Position numbers and translations under genes: made by a program. Of a stretch of 64,000 bases of DNA, positions 50,570-64,000 are shown piece by piece. The notes beneath the pieces are model-generated. The model was not told where the DNA came from and did no database searches. It saw only the letters and a list, made by a program, of their open reading frames with translations. The stretch's first letter is position 1; the number at the start of each line of letters is the position of its first letter. The DNA is taken from the NCBI RefSeq assembly GCF_009914755.1, contig NC_060926.1. One strand, 5' to 3'. The stretch comes from the human T2T-CHM13v2.0 reference genome, Homo sapiens.

Positions 50570-51180
50570 GAGCGCGCGAGAACCTGAGGGAGCCAGTAAG
50601 AGTCGAGCAGGGACTGGAGGGCTCCCGATGGGGTGTAGCCAATCAGGGCAGAGATGGGTGGGGCTAGGCTGCGGGAAGGGGCGGACTGCAGCTGAGTTGG
50701 CTCCAAAGTGTGGGACTCAGCCAATCGGAACCGTGCAGGGCGGGGCTGGCCTGCGGAAGGGGGCGGGTTCGGAGGAGTGAACTGTGCGGTTAGTGCGCCT
50801 TTCAGCCTCACCTGCAGCTGCGCCTCCTTGCACCTGCGCCTGTGCTTTTTCTCCCAGCACTGCGGACGCGACTCGAGGGTGACGCTCGCTCCGCTCGTCC
50901 CGCTCGTCATGGCCTACCCGGGATACGGAGGAGGGGTGAGTCCCAGCCGCTTGGTCGTGTCCCTCTTCCTCGCGGGGTGTGGCGCCCCCGGGGGCGGTGC
51001 CAACGTGCGGGTCCGCCCTTGGCTCCTGCTCCCTGCGTCCGCGCCTGGTACTCGGCGGCGCCGGATTCCGGGGCTGTTGGGGGCCAGGGCCTGGGCGAGC
51101 ATTGATCCTGGGCTGACTTGGAGCCGCAGGTTTTCTGGTCGTTGAGGACCCTCGAGGAGCGTCCTGGTGGAGCCGAGGGA
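50570..51180 (+). promoter_or_regulatory. GCA: GCA CpG-island promoter
   Basis: High CpG density; CCAAT boxes at 50639 and 50721; GC boxes at about 50679, 50738 and 50760; kB-like GGGAATTCC just upstream at 50524. Confidence 0.85.
50909..50935 (+). CDS. GCA: Grancalcin coding exon 1 (MAYPGYGGG)
   Basis: gtcATGG Kozak context; donor GGG|GTGAGT; matches the grancalcin N-terminus. Confidence 0.95.
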
Positions 51181-51753
51181 GTAATGTGTGTTTGGAAATT
51201 TATTTCCTGGAATGGAGGAACAAGCCACCCTCTTCTTGTTCCAGTAATCGTTTGTGGTACTTCCCTCCCCCGCCCCCCACTCAGTGTTGCTAGAGATCCT
51301 CTTTTTGAATTTCCTGACCACTTCTTGTTCTTTAAGTTCCTTATGAATAAATTAAGGTGTACGGTAAATAACTCCTAATCTTTACTGTTATACGAAGGGC
51401 AATCTGTTCTAGACTCCCCCGCTCGCCCCCAGGCGGGGGGAAGTTACTCTTTGTTATAACTTTTATCCTGCATCACCTTTGGGAGTTGCAAGTTATAATC
51501 GTAGAGTCCTGGTGGCTAGCCCCTTCTTTTCAGAAAGGAGCCCAAACCTTTAGTATCGATGTCAGTGATCTACACGCTGTGTTAACAGAGTTAACAGTAG
51601 TTTGATCCATTGCGGTGTGGGTAGAATATAATATATTTTCTATTTGTTTTTTACCTAAAAAGAGAAATTGTGTTTTACTGATTTTAATATAGGACTTGAC
51701 TTTGGGCTATGGTTGTGGTCTTCAAAAGAGTTACTCCTACCCCTTGGAGTTCA

Positions 51754-51821
51754 TGGTGGTGGTGGTGGTGGTGGTGGTGGTGGTGGTGGTGGTGGTTGTG
51801 GTTGTGGTTGTTGTTGTTGTT
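51754..51821. repeat. (GTG)n-(GTT)n trinucleotide repeat in GCA intron 1
   Basis: About 13 GTG units grading into GTT; source of the poly-Val ORF. Confidence 0.95.
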
Positions 51822-54237
51822 TTAGGATATGAATTTCCAGGTCCTCAACTTCCACACATACTTGTTCCTAAAATTGATTTGCTTTCCTTAAGACTTGCCT
51901 CAATCCCCTCTGGCACCGTCCACTTTGTAATGCCTATGCCTCCTCAGTCCTTAAATTTAGGAAGGAAGTTTAAGGTACCTAAGGAAAGTAAAGCCCCTTC
52001 GAAGATTAATCAAGATAGCATAAACCTGTGGGTCTTTAAAAACGTCCCTAGCGTATACGTATTTTCATTTGGTTGAAGCTATCTGTTAGAAGTTTGTATA
52101 TTTACTCCTCTTGGTATGCTCTGAATTCATATATGTATGGTAGAGTGAGGTGGCAAGAGTAATACATTTTCATTCAAATAATTTGGTGCTTCCTTACCCA
52201 CTTTTGTCAGAGTGCTTGAATTTGATGGAGAGTTCCACGACACAATAAAGAGAACGTCTGTATGTGTTTTGAATATTTAAATCCCCTTTTCCATGAATTT
52301 AAAATAAACAACTCTTTTCAGCTGTTGTCATGCTCATTATTAATCGCCGGAAAGAGAAGTACCCTCAATAGCTGAAGCAATATATAGATTAGAGGCACTG
52401 ATTTTAAAAAATGTAATTGAAATATTTTAAGATACATTGGATAAAATTTTGGGATAAAACTTACATGATTTCTTTAGTAGGAGAATATTAATAAGATAGT
52501 TGAGACGTTTATAAATCCTGTTAAAGGAAACCCATGCCTTATTAATGTTTCTTATATTCTTTTAACAAAATATAAAATGTCAGCTGCTAGACCTAATTGT
52601 TTTGATAGTATACTTTTATCTAATTAAGTGCATGATTTATCTCTGTAGGAGATGCATTTCCAATAGATTTTTACTTTCTTCTTTTAAGAATTGTTTATAA
52701 AAATTGTATTATTTTCTTTTTTTTACTAATTGTATACGAATAAAAATTATAACTCAATGTAAAGGACTTTTTTCTTTGTTTCTCACTTTGGTCACAGGAA
52801 ATGAAACAATCTAAAACTTCGTTACATGTTTTTGTTTGTACATGTTGTATTATACAAGCTTCAGTGTTTTCAATAATAAAAAAACATTTTAAGCACAGAA
52901 AACTTAAACAGATTAGATTTTCACACAAGAAATAGCATACAAAATCAATTCAAAGATGAAGAATCTGTCCTTAGGAATAACTTTTAATCTGTTTTCCCTT
53001 CCCAATTTGCAGCATTAGCTTTCCCCAGTCCCATAATTTGAGAACCTGGTGGTCAGATTAATGATGGTTACCAATTCTTTACCACTCCCCTTATCGAAAG
53101 GCACAGACTATTTCTCCACTTTCTTCAATCTGGATTGGGCCTGTTTCACCTTCATCTGGTAGAATACAGTAGAAAAGACACCATGGCAGTTCCAGACTCA
53201 ATATTTTAAGAGGACTGGCAGCTTCTCTTTCTCTCTCTTAGAAGCTGACTGCCAAGCTATGAAAAAGTGGAAGAGCCATGTGAAAGGGCCCATGTGGAGG
53301 AGAACTGGGGCCCCTGGCCAACAAGGTTCATCCCTAAACACGGTTTACATAAATTTATATTTCAAGTTGTCCTCTTGACAGTTTCAAATGAGTCAAAATT
53401 GATCATTATTATTATTACTACATAATGTGGGTAAGGAAAGGCTTAGACAATATTTTCATGTCCAAGCCTTTCATGTTGCTTTGCATGTTTTTGAATCTTT
53501 ACTATTGCCATTTTGTTATGGCTTTAGTTAAAACTAGATCACATAATCTGTAACATCAGAGAATCCCACATATATAAACTGTAATAAGTCACAATAGGCT
53601 GAAAAGAAACAAGTGGGAGGCCAGCATACAGAACTCTATGTCATCCCTCAGGATACTACCAGAACCACAGCAGTTTCTTTAAACATTTTGCTTCCCGCCC
53701 CTTAAAAGATTTTTGAAAAACTATATACCCTTTTCCCATATTTTATATTGACATATAAAGTTTTTATTTTAAGTTTAAATAGTTGTAAAGAATACAATAC
53801 CCAACATATTGTAAATGTTGACACTTAAAGTTTCATTGTATTTACACATATATTCTTCTAAGTATGTGTCTTGAGGTTTACTTCTTAGTTTTACTTTAGG
53901 TAAAATCTTGCATTGTTTTACTTTTTGTTTACTTCAGTGATGTTGGTAAACATTTTTTAAAATTGTACATGTTCCTCTTAGATTAAGTTCTTAGAGGCTA
54001 GTAACTTTCTTTTTTCTTTTATACTTCTTTTAATGCTGGGTAATATATGTTGATGAATTGAATTATGTCTTAATGTAGGACATCTAACATTTTGTAGTTA
54101 AAATTTTTGTGATAAGATTATAAGCTTTTGGTAACTGTTTACTTTTTGACGGACTTCTAATAATTTCTTTTAATCCAACTTTCATAGATAATAGGTAGTA
54201 TTTATATTACTAACCTTCTCCCCTTTCACTATTATAG

Positions 54238-54402
54238 TTTGGAAATTTTAGCATTCAGGTGCCAGGAATGCAGATGGGACAGCCAGTGCCAGAAACAGGC
54301 CCAGCTATACTCCTCGATGGATACTCTGGGCCAGCATATTCAGACACTTATTCCTCAGCTGGTGACTCCGTGTATACTTACTTCAGTGCTGTTGCTGGAC
54401 AG
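54238..54402 (+). CDS. GCA: Grancalcin exon 2 (165 nt; FGNFSIQVPGMQMGQPVPETGPAILLDGYSGPAYSDTYSSAGDSVYTYFSAVAGQ)
   Basis: Branch point TACTAAC at 54208-54214, pyrimidine tract and TAG acceptor; donor CAG|GTGAGA; phase 0. Confidence 0.96.
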
Positions 54403-56654
54403 GTGAGATGCTAAATTTATTGCATAAATATGTCTTTAAAATTATTGTTTAAGAGAAATGTCAGCTATTTAGAGTATCATTTTAAATGTATATGAAATTT
54501 ATATTTTATATGTATCTAGACTAATTTTTTTCCTGAGATCAGAGATGAGCATAGTCATAATTATTTCATTTTAAAAGTCTGTTGATGTGATGCTTGATAC
54601 ATTGTTCATTTGACTAAAAGAGGAAACATTGTTTTCCATAGTGCGGAAATCTGATTCTTTCTTACCTAGTATGCTTGCGTTACTGAAATTCTTCTACAAG
54701 GGGCTCCTCTTACTAGTCACTAAACACCCCACCAAAACTTAGATATATCTTCTTATGAGTTATAATTTTTCTGTCACTTAAATCTTTTTATTTCCTTCAC
54801 TCTGTTTGACATTTAGGAGCATCATACTCTCCCTGAGTGATAGATAACACAAAGCTAAGTAGGTTTAGCCTGCACATTCTTTTATAGCATGCAAAAATGA
54901 CTATTGGAAATTTTAGGAAAGTAGGAAGCACTTTAAAAAATTATAAGGAACAATATTTCTAACTTGGGCCTCACTCCCATTTTTTAAAAAAAACTCAGTT
55001 AAAACCTAAGTATGTCAAACAATATGATTGGAAATCACTTCAGAGTCTCGTAAATTTATTCAGGTTGAGAAATTACATTTTTTTCACAGGTGAAGTTATA
55101 TCATTTATAGTAATTTTGATTTGATATGGCTGGTAAATTTTCCAGGTTATCAAAATAATCATGTCAGGATTTATTAATTAAAAATTAAAGGAAATAGTAT
55201 GTTACGATGTGGTATGGTTTTAGGATGTTATTTGTTTCCAGTAAATTTGAGTGATTATTTAAAGGACTGACTTTATTATGACCAATAGGGACGTGTGAAA
55301 CTGCCAGTTCAAGTACATGAATTCTGTGGGTGAATTGTTACTGATGATATGTGAATACTGTGGTCAACGGAAGCTTTTCTTTTACTCCTACATAACTGTA
55401 ACACCATACCACAGTTTATTCTTTTCCAAGTGATTTTATATATATTTTTCATGTGAAATTTCAAGGAAAATTAAGCAAATAGGATATGTATTATACCCCT
55501 TTGTATCAGTTATTAGTTGTATTTGACAGAAGTATTGAGTAAATATTCAAGATCGGAAGGAATACAATATTATAAGATGCCAATGTCTTCCAAATTAATT
55601 GATAAATAATATAATATTATATGAGTCAAATTCCTAAAGGTTTCTTTTTCTTTTTTCTTTTTGGCACTTGCTGCAATGATTCTAAAGTCTGTCTTGTATA
55701 CTATGTTGTTGAGAATAAATATTAAATTATAATATATCATATAAATGTATTATTAATAATTGTGATAGTGTGGTCCTAATGTAAAAACAAACATAATACT
55801 GAAGAGCCCAGAAGCTTACCTGTGAATTCAGTATATGGTAGAGGTAGCATTTCATATCAGTGGGGAAAGAATGATTCCTGAATTAACTATCCTGAAATAA
55901 TTAACAGTTTATCTAAAAGTAAATGTAAATCTTCAGCCTGTACCATATAGTAGCATGAATTCCAGATATATTAAAGGATTGAAAAGAGGGTGTATTGATG
56001 TTTATCTCCTGTTGTTGAAATAAATGAGCTTGTCTTTTTTTTTTTGCTGCTGCTTCAGCATGTATTGCAGCACCTGCTATATTTGTGTTTTTGTCTACAA
56101 AACTTCTTAGAAGAGTGATGAACTAAGATAGTTGCATGTGTTAATGAAACATTTGGGAACATCTTTTTAAGATGTGTGTTTTTTTTTCTTGATATGTTTC
56201 ATTCACTTGTTTAACAATTTGGGGGGAAAGTTGAAAGCTCTTCTGTGGTTATGGAATACAGTGGATTGGTGCATGGAGACTGGGGGCCAGAGAGGATTTG
56301 GAAAAAGAGATCTACATGAAAATCATCTTGAAGGAGTTGGGGCAATGTATCAAAGAGGAGATTTGTAAATTGTGGATGGTTCTGGGACAGGCTCGATGAT
56401 AAAACAGATTAGGAAAAGGCAAAGAAACTGGCAGAATGGATGTTCTAATACCATACTAATGGGCAGAAACAGAAATTCACTCTAGAGTCTTAGCTGTAGT
56501 CCATATCTCTTTTCTTTTATAATGGTCAAGAAAGATTTATTGATGTAGGTAGAATTTTATAGAACTTTAATAACATTTTATTCATTCCCTTGAGTGTTCA
56601 CTAGGTCTAATGTGCTTTTCTAGGATTAGACAATATACACAGAATTAATATACG

Positions 56655-57150
56655 TGGCAGACATTCTGTTTTGGCTACCCCAATTTCATTTAAAACCCCC
56701 TTTTACCTTTTATTATGTAATAGAGGCTGGGGAACTATAATAGTCACCATCCCAGATACCTTTGTAGCTATTAAAGGCAGCCATGTGCCGTAGGACTGAC
56801 CATTGACATGTAGGTGCAGTATCTTTGGAAAATCTTTCTACCCCAAATGAAAAAAGCCTTACTGGGAGCAAGCCTTGGCTGTGGCTGTTTTTGCCCCTTC
56901 ATTCTTCCTGCCTGGAAAGGGGACTTGAGGTATGGAGGTGCAGTAGCCATCTCGTGACCCTGAGACAACAGGCTTGAGATAAAGACCTATAGATAGGGAA
57001 TGTGGAAAAATGTAGAGACTGATGACATGTCTAAGTTGCCATACAGCCCTGTTCTGCCTAGCCTCAGACCTATTGTATGAAACAATAAACCCCTATTGGT
57101 TTAAGCATCTTCAATAATATTTTCTCCTGTTTGCAGCTAAATGGTACCTT
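56655..57150 (+). mobile_element. Old MLT1-like LTR
   Basis: ggaggtgcagtagccatctcgtgacc...aataaacccctattggtttaagc. Confidence 0.6.
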
Positions 57151-58997
57151 AACTGTTCTACTCATTATACCATTGCCATTTTAAAGGATTATACTGGGAA
57201 TAAGTAGTATTATACTGAGAATAATTCTATTATCTCTGTTTGACTATATAATACATTCATCATATAAAATTACAACTTAAAGTATATGAACTGGACATAT
57301 ATTTGGAAACTCTTTTTGACTGCTGAACTATTTCAGCATTTTAATTGTCAGCAATAAATTCGCTATGTTTGAACTATTTGATACTTTCCTTAAATTTCCC
57401 AGTCTTGTGCTTTTGAATAAATAAACTCCATAAAGACAGGGTTCTGGTCATATTTTCCCTACTTGACAGGTAGATATTAGGAATATATAAACATTTGATA
57501 AATGTTTCGTATGGATGAATTAACTATCCCATTTTCAATTTTTAGTCTAAATATTTAGACTGTATTTTTTCATATATTGAGTTCTACCTAGCTTTGAGGG
57601 ATCAGGTGCAACATCTGACTTAGGTATACCGCTCCTGGAACCCAACTACTGAACTTACATCTACAGCCATATCCTTTTTTGATGGGCCTCATAATTAATA
57701 ATGCTCTATGAAAAACACCTGATTAAAGGTTTCTGCAGTGTTCTTATTTATAGGATGAAGTATTCTAAACAGTAAGGATTAAATCATCAATTAATTTGGG
57801 GAAATTCTGGTTTCTGTCTTCATACATACAGACACATGCATCACAGTAATACCAACAACTTTAACTTTTGTATGCACACTGCTTCTACTTTTCCACACAG
57901 CAACTGTGATGTGGGCATGACACAGCTACCTTTGTATTATAGATAAGTAAGTGGAGACTCAAATTGAGTAACTGAACAAATAGGACTTGAAGTTGGATAT
58001 CATTTTAAAATCTTGCTGCCTAACGAAGGGCAATTGATTTTTGTTAATTCTCTACCTGATGCTCTTGTAATTTAATTAGGACATTCAGCTTTCTACCGCT
58101 AATGCTACCTAATTCAGTTAAGGGAAGAATGCTGCTTAGTATTTTGTAATTTCTATTAGAACAGCTGCAGTTTTGTAAGGGGTTCTTTTGCCAAAAATCC
58201 ATTAGAATGTGAGTGTTAATAATATTTCTTAGAAGTAGTTTAGAAAAGTTTTTTGTTTTGTTGTTTCTTGGATCTCTTATGAAGAGTAGGTTTTAAATTT
58301 GCCTCCTTGATCCTTCATCATAGCTACATTTTGCATTTGTGCCAATGTTTGTGATGGTTCCAAAGGAATTACTTATTTTTGTCAAAAACAGGATGAGGTA
58401 CTAAATCATAATGAGAATACTCAACCTATTTCATTTCCATTGTGATTTCTTGTTTGCATTTTAAAACTTTATTTTCTGTAGTAAGTTCAGGCAAGACTTG
58501 TTTGGGCAGTAATCAGAAGAATAGCAGCAAGATACAGGGGGACTCTAGAATTTTGCTAGGGGTAATGGTGGGGGAAAATATATTTTCCCCTTCCAGTTAA
58601 AGCTTCAGTATTATTTATAAATAATCTCCTCCCAAAACAGCATGAGTGGGGATGTTTTCGAGACTTTTCTGAACACATTTTAGGCATTTTTCTAACTGTT
58701 TAACTGTTTTTCTAACTGTTTAAAATAGAAGTACAATGACTCTTATGAGATTGTCTTGAACCATTATAGAACAGGGTAATTGTGCTATTCTTCAGAAGTG
58801 GAAGAAATTATTTCTGTGGTATGATATTTTGTAATATGCCTTTGTTGTCAGTAATTATCTCTAGAATTTTGTAGTTAATTATAGAGTAATGTTTCAAAGA
58901 ATGCATATGTCTTGATTGGCCTAGAACAGTCAATTGACATTTTAATATGCTTTTATACAACTGCACATTAAATTAGGTCATAATTATTTTTAAACAG

Positions 58998-59067
58998 GAT
59001 GGTGAAGTGGATGCTGAAGAACTTCAGAGATGTTTGACACAGTCTGGAATTAATGGAACTTACTCTC
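58998..59067 (+). CDS. GCA: Grancalcin exon 3 (70 nt; DGEVDAEELQRCLTQSGINGTYS), EF-hand 1
   Basis: Acceptor TTTTTAAACAG, donor C|GTGAGA; EF-hand loop DGEVDAEEL; codon 80 is TCT (Ser). Confidence 0.96.
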
Positions 59068-59847
59068 GTGAGATCTTTTTTCCCCTTTTGTTGAAATTAT
59101 AATAGGAAGTTTATTTTCTTACTTTTTTTGTCCCTGTAATTAAAATGTTTAAAAAATTATCACAGTTATACATGCACATAGTTTAAGGAGTCAAATAACT
59201 GTAAAACTCGTTATGAAAATAACTGTTCATTGTGTATTCCTGTCTCCTTAACATTAACTGCTCATAGAGGACACTTCTTTTGACTTTTAAAAATCTGATT
59301 CTTTTGAAATTTGCTTCCAGATTTCAAGATAGAATATTTTTTTCACGATTGATTTTTGGATTTTATGATTATCTATTGATATCCTGCTATGAAAGATGAG
59401 GATTTCACTTTATTTTAACCTTAAACTCTCCCCTGTCTCTGCACTCCACAGAGGAACATTTCCCATCCTCCTGTCCTTCCAATGTAGTTATAATATATAG
59501 TAACTTTTGTTAGGTATGTTAGTCTTTACCTTATTTTTACTATCTGAATGCTGCTTATAGCTGTATCTTATGATAATGTATGATTACTTTTCCTTTTTAT
59601 ATAATGTTTTGCTTTTCTTGAAATCACTAGTTGTCAGGTATTATCCTAGAACTCTGGGATATGCAGTTTTTTATGTGTAGCTGTCATACTGGGATTCTTT
59701 CACCATCATTCTGAAGCTGGTTTCCCCGTTTCTCTTGAGTTAGATCTCCTTTTTACTCCATCTCTTGTTGTCCTCTTTTAAAAAATTCATTATCTTATTT
59801 TAGTGAAATGTATAGTTAAGCAGCTTCTTAATATAAAAAAAAAATAC

Positions 59848-60177
<330 letters not shown>

Positions 60178-63097
60178 CTAAAAATGCTTTCATTCTACCT
60201 TCAGAATTGATTGGCCAGGTATAGAATTCTAGGTTACAAATGATTCTCAAGTAGAATTTTAAAGGTATTGCTCCATTGTTTCTAGCGTCCCTTGTTGCAT
60301 TATCTTTCTCTTTCCTGCCTGGATGTGATGTGATTTGTTATTCCTCTCTGGAAACTTGTGAGATCTTTGTCTTTAGTATTCTGCGATTTGATGGTAAAGT
60401 ACCTAGTTGTGTTGTGTGGGGAACTCAGATGGTATTCTCAGCCTGGAAACTCCTTTGCTTTAGATGTAGGACGTTTTCTTCAATGATATTTTCTGTTTCT
60501 TGGAATGCTTTTTGTTTTCACTGGGTTTTCTACTTTTATCATCTTTTTCCTCCTATCATTTTTTTTTGCTGAACTTTTTGGGAATTTTCCTCAACTTTAT
60601 TTCCTAAACCTTCTATTGAGTCTTTCATTTCTGCTTTTCATTAATATCCAAGAGCTTCTGTTCTATTTTCATGAATGTGATATTGTCCCTTATCTCTCTG
60701 AGACTATTAATATATTTTTAAAGTTTTTTCTTCCTATATAACCTTTGTTTTTTCCAGATTGTTTTTTCTCCTCATTTTGCTTGTTTTGGTTGTCTTTCAT
60801 GTTAGGTGCTTTTCTCAGTTATCTGATGATACTGCTTTGCTCTTATTTTAACTAAATTGCTGATTAGAAGCCCTGAGATCATGGTTAGGCATTGATTGTG
60901 GGCTTCACTGTATGGTGATTTGGCTGGGCAGTTTTGTCTTGGAACTCTGGGTGTCAGTATCTTTAGGGATTCCCTTTTGGACTGGGTTTTCAGTTGACCT
61001 TCTGCCTGGAAAGGAGAGGTGGACTCAGAAGGGTTCTCAAATCTTTTGTAAATTGTCCTTTAATTGCCTTGCTTTTAGAAGATAGCCCTGTCTCAGCTCT
61101 GGTATCTTACATTTCAGAGACTCCTCCAGAGAATAAAATTCCAGATTTCTGCTGGGTTGGAAGTAGGTGTAGCATCCATCCAACTGAACCGAGGCAGGGA
61201 GGGGATATGAGGCTTAGAATGCTCCTTAGGTAGACATTCAGCCAATTCTTCTGTTTTTATCTCCACTTTCACACCCACTTTCAGAAGTACTGCCAATTCT
61301 TTGGCATTTGGGGTCTTCTCCAAGGGTTGCTTCTCAGCTTTTCTCATTACAAGTTCAGGAATCCATTTTCTCAGATCTAGGTTGGTTAACTCACATCCAT
61401 CAGCTCTTCAACTTGCAAAATTTTGTTACTTTGTTTCCTGTCTAATTCTCTTTTTCTCTAAAGTTTTATGCCTTAAATCAGTTTACTCTCCATTCTAATG
61501 GGCTATGGGGAGGAAGTGAAAAATCTGTCAACTTTCCTGAAAAGTCTGTCTCTCCACTCTTTGTCCTAAATATTTCTTCTTATACATACACATTCCTATT
61601 CTGAGATTGAAGATCTGCTCATTTGCTGATTCAGTTTTAGCGATCTATTATCATTAATTCGGATTCTCCCACTTTATGAATGTGTGCCAAGTTAATTGTA
61701 AAGCAAAATAGATATTATTTACTTGCCCAAAAGAGGAAATACCATTCCAGAAATTTCTCATGTAATCCCCTCACTCTGACAGTTGTATAGCCTTAGCTTT
61801 GTAAACGTGGGGAACTGCCTTTCTGGGTCCCAGTTTCTTCCTTTTTTACAATTGGAACTATTATACGTTTAGCATGTTTATGTGAAATCATGTAACACAC
61901 GCCACCTTACTCATGCTAAGAACACATTGAGTATCTATTGAGTTGTCAATTTGAAAATACTACAACCAACAATTCTAACATTGATACTATATTAAACATT
62001 TAAAGAAAATCAGCAATTTTAACTCTTGGAATGTCTTATAATTTTTTCTTTAGTGGGTCTAAAATTTAGCTGAAATAATTTTCTGCTTTTATAAAATGTT
62101 AAGATGTTATGGATAAAATAATTTTGAAAATTTTCATTCATTCATATTAACAAGCTGCTATTAAGCACTTTGTAAATTTAAACTGTACTAACGTGATGTT
62201 TTCTTTATCAGGGCATGAAATTAGTCTTGAGATATGTCAGCATACAAATTGAATGTAATTGGATTAGAAAAATTAGAAAAGGATTAGAAAAATTGAATTT
62301 TATCAATAGGTCATCAGTTGTAGTTCTATAAATATGAAAGTGTTAATATTTCAAATCACCCCTGGTTTTAAGATAGCTTGTATTGATTTTTTCTTCCTTT
62401 TTTCTCCCCCCAACCCCCGAGAAAAACCAGTTGCTTCAATTCAGATGCTCATTTTTTCTTACTTGGTCTATTACAATAAATTACCAATGGACTTACCTAT
62501 TTCCAATATCATCTCACTTTATATTTTATTCATTGTAAACTAAGTTTCTAAAATGGAAATTTTAGAATTTCCCTTCTGCTTCTGAAAACACTTCAGTGGC
62601 TTTTCATTGGCCCAAACTTTTTGGGGGTAGTATTCAAAAGTTTCATGATTTGGCCCTCATTTGCCTTTCTGATGTCATCATATGTCACTCTCTCCCATAT
62701 ACTTTAATGCAAGTTTTGTGATCTCTGAGTACATGTCAAACTTCTACTTTAACTCCACTTGTCATTTGTGTTATGAAGACTGGAAGCCTTCCTTTTCCCC
62801 AGGCTTGGGTGAAGCCAAGTGCTTTACATACCTGGAATGTCTTTGTCACAGTAATTTTCAGTTAGTTTGTAATTGCTCATTTAATTAACTTAGTCCCCTC
62901 ACTAGATGTGAGTACTTTGAAGGCAGTAATTTTTTTTAAACAATGGGTGCTTAACATTCAATAATAGCTTGTTGATTGTGGTGATTTTATATATTTTGGC
63001 AGTTTTTTAATGTTTTATTTTGAAACTGGAGATTGTCATAATTTTACATAGATAAAGTTGGGCATACTCTAATTTAAATATTGAATATGTTTTACAG

Positions 63098-63141
63098 CCT
63101 TCAGTTTGGAAACCTGCAGAATTATGATTGCCATGTTGGAT
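63098..63141 (+). CDS. GCA: Grancalcin exon 4 (44 nt; PFSLETCRIMIAMLD)
   Basis: Acceptor GTTTTACAG; penta-EF-hand motif FSLETCRIMIAMLD; donor GTATCCTT. Confidence 0.95.
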
Positions 63142-63417
63142 GTATCCTTGAATAGAAATAGAAAATACTAGAATAAAGAGTAATTGCTTTCTGACTATCA
63201 AGCCAGTGGTTAGATTTCAGTGCCTGTAGTAAACTAGTGAATTTAAAAATACTTTGTAAGATCCTGTTTAAATTCTAGGCTTTCTAGTTTTTATGCAGAA
63301 GTCTGTTCATATAATGAGTTTGGCTAAGTCTACAGAAGCATACTCATGTTTTAGTCAATGATTTAGAGTCAGATAAACTCAGGTATCAGAATTTATTTTT
63401 GTTAATAAAACTATCAG
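63142..63417 (+). other. GCA: U12-type (minor spliceosome) GT-AG intron 4 of GCA
   Basis: 5' splice site GTATCCTTG equals the U12 consensus RTATCCTT; no polypyrimidine tract; degenerate branch TTTTGTTAAT about 12 nt before the AG. Confidence 0.85.
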
Positions 63418-63565
63418 AGAGATCACACAGGAAAAATGGGATTTAATGCATTCAAAGAGCTATGGGCAGCTCTTAATGCCTGGAAGGAAAACTTCATGAC
63501 TGTTGATCAAGATGGAAGTGGCACAGTAGAACATCATGAGTTGCGTCAAGCCATTGGTCTTATGG
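63418..63565 (+). CDS. GCA: Grancalcin exon 5 (148 nt; RDHTGKMGFNAFKELWAALNAWKENFMTVDQDGSGTVEHHELRQAIGLM); gene continues beyond the window
   Basis: EF-hand loop DQDGSGTVEHHE; donor G|GTAAGA. Confidence 0.96.
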
Positions 63566-64000
63566 GTAAGAACATTAACATTCTTTAGAATCTATAAAGC
63601 TAATCTTTGTTCTTTGATTAGATGAACTTAATTGCTTCAATTTACTAACTAATAAAGGGATGTATTTTTTTGCCAGCAAGTTCCTTTGTTTGTTTTCAAG
63701 GTTGTAGGTAAATTCTGACCAAAGACCTCAACAAAACCATTTTAATTATGATTTTTTTCAAAAGATGATCTTCCATACATGCATACATTCTGAATTTCTT
63801 CTGTTGTGTTTAAATTTATTTCTTTGTTAGTACTTACCAGTTAGATTGTATTCTTTTATAACTTGGCAGGATCTCTAATTGGGAGCCAAAGCTTGCCTCA
63901 GTCAGTCAAAAGTCTGTACAAAATAGGTTTTCAGTGGTAGAAACCATGTTTTTGTCTTTTTTTTCTTAGATAGTGCAGAACACATAGCAGGTGCCAAAAT

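Noticed and set aside
50708-50908. In-frame upstream extension of grancalcin
   Set aside because: GTG start inside promoter elements; an open frame is expected in a CpG island; the true ATG has a strong Kozak context.
51696-52076. 126-aa ORF with poly-Val, resembling a membrane protein
   Set aside because: Produced by the GTG/GTT microsatellite; non-ATG start; intronic.
54208-54214. Perfect TACTAAC branch point
   Set aside because: Explained as the ordinary GCA intron 1 branch site.

Overview
Primate (human-like) genomic DNA matching the IFIH1-GCA locus. On the minus strand are IFIH1 (MDA5) coding exons 1-4 (codons 1-291) and its GC-rich ISRE/NF-kB promoter at about 25.0-25.7 kb. On the plus strand are GCA (grancalcin) coding exons 1-5 and its CpG-island promoter at about 50.6-51.2 kb; GCA intron 4 has a minor-spliceosome (U12-type) donor. 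Between the genes lie a 5'-truncated young L1PA, a gag-only ERV1 provirus (two LTRs, tRNA-Pro PBS, nested Alus and a collapsed LTR12), other old repeats and several local duplications. Nearly all other track ORFs are repeat-derived or chance. I see no evidence of a new gene system. The best leads are: (1) an Alu plus 65 nt of unique flank apparently copied from IFIH1 intron 2 into intron 3 with a target-site duplication; (2) an intronic stop plus poly(A) signal giving a CARD-only MDA5; (3) an ERV LTR with a perfect splice donor pointing at IFIH1; (4) a divergent, probably interferon-responsive first exon pointing at GCA; (5) inverted Alus around IFIH1 exon 3. Repeat family names come from recalled consensus sequences, and old-repeat boundaries are approximate.
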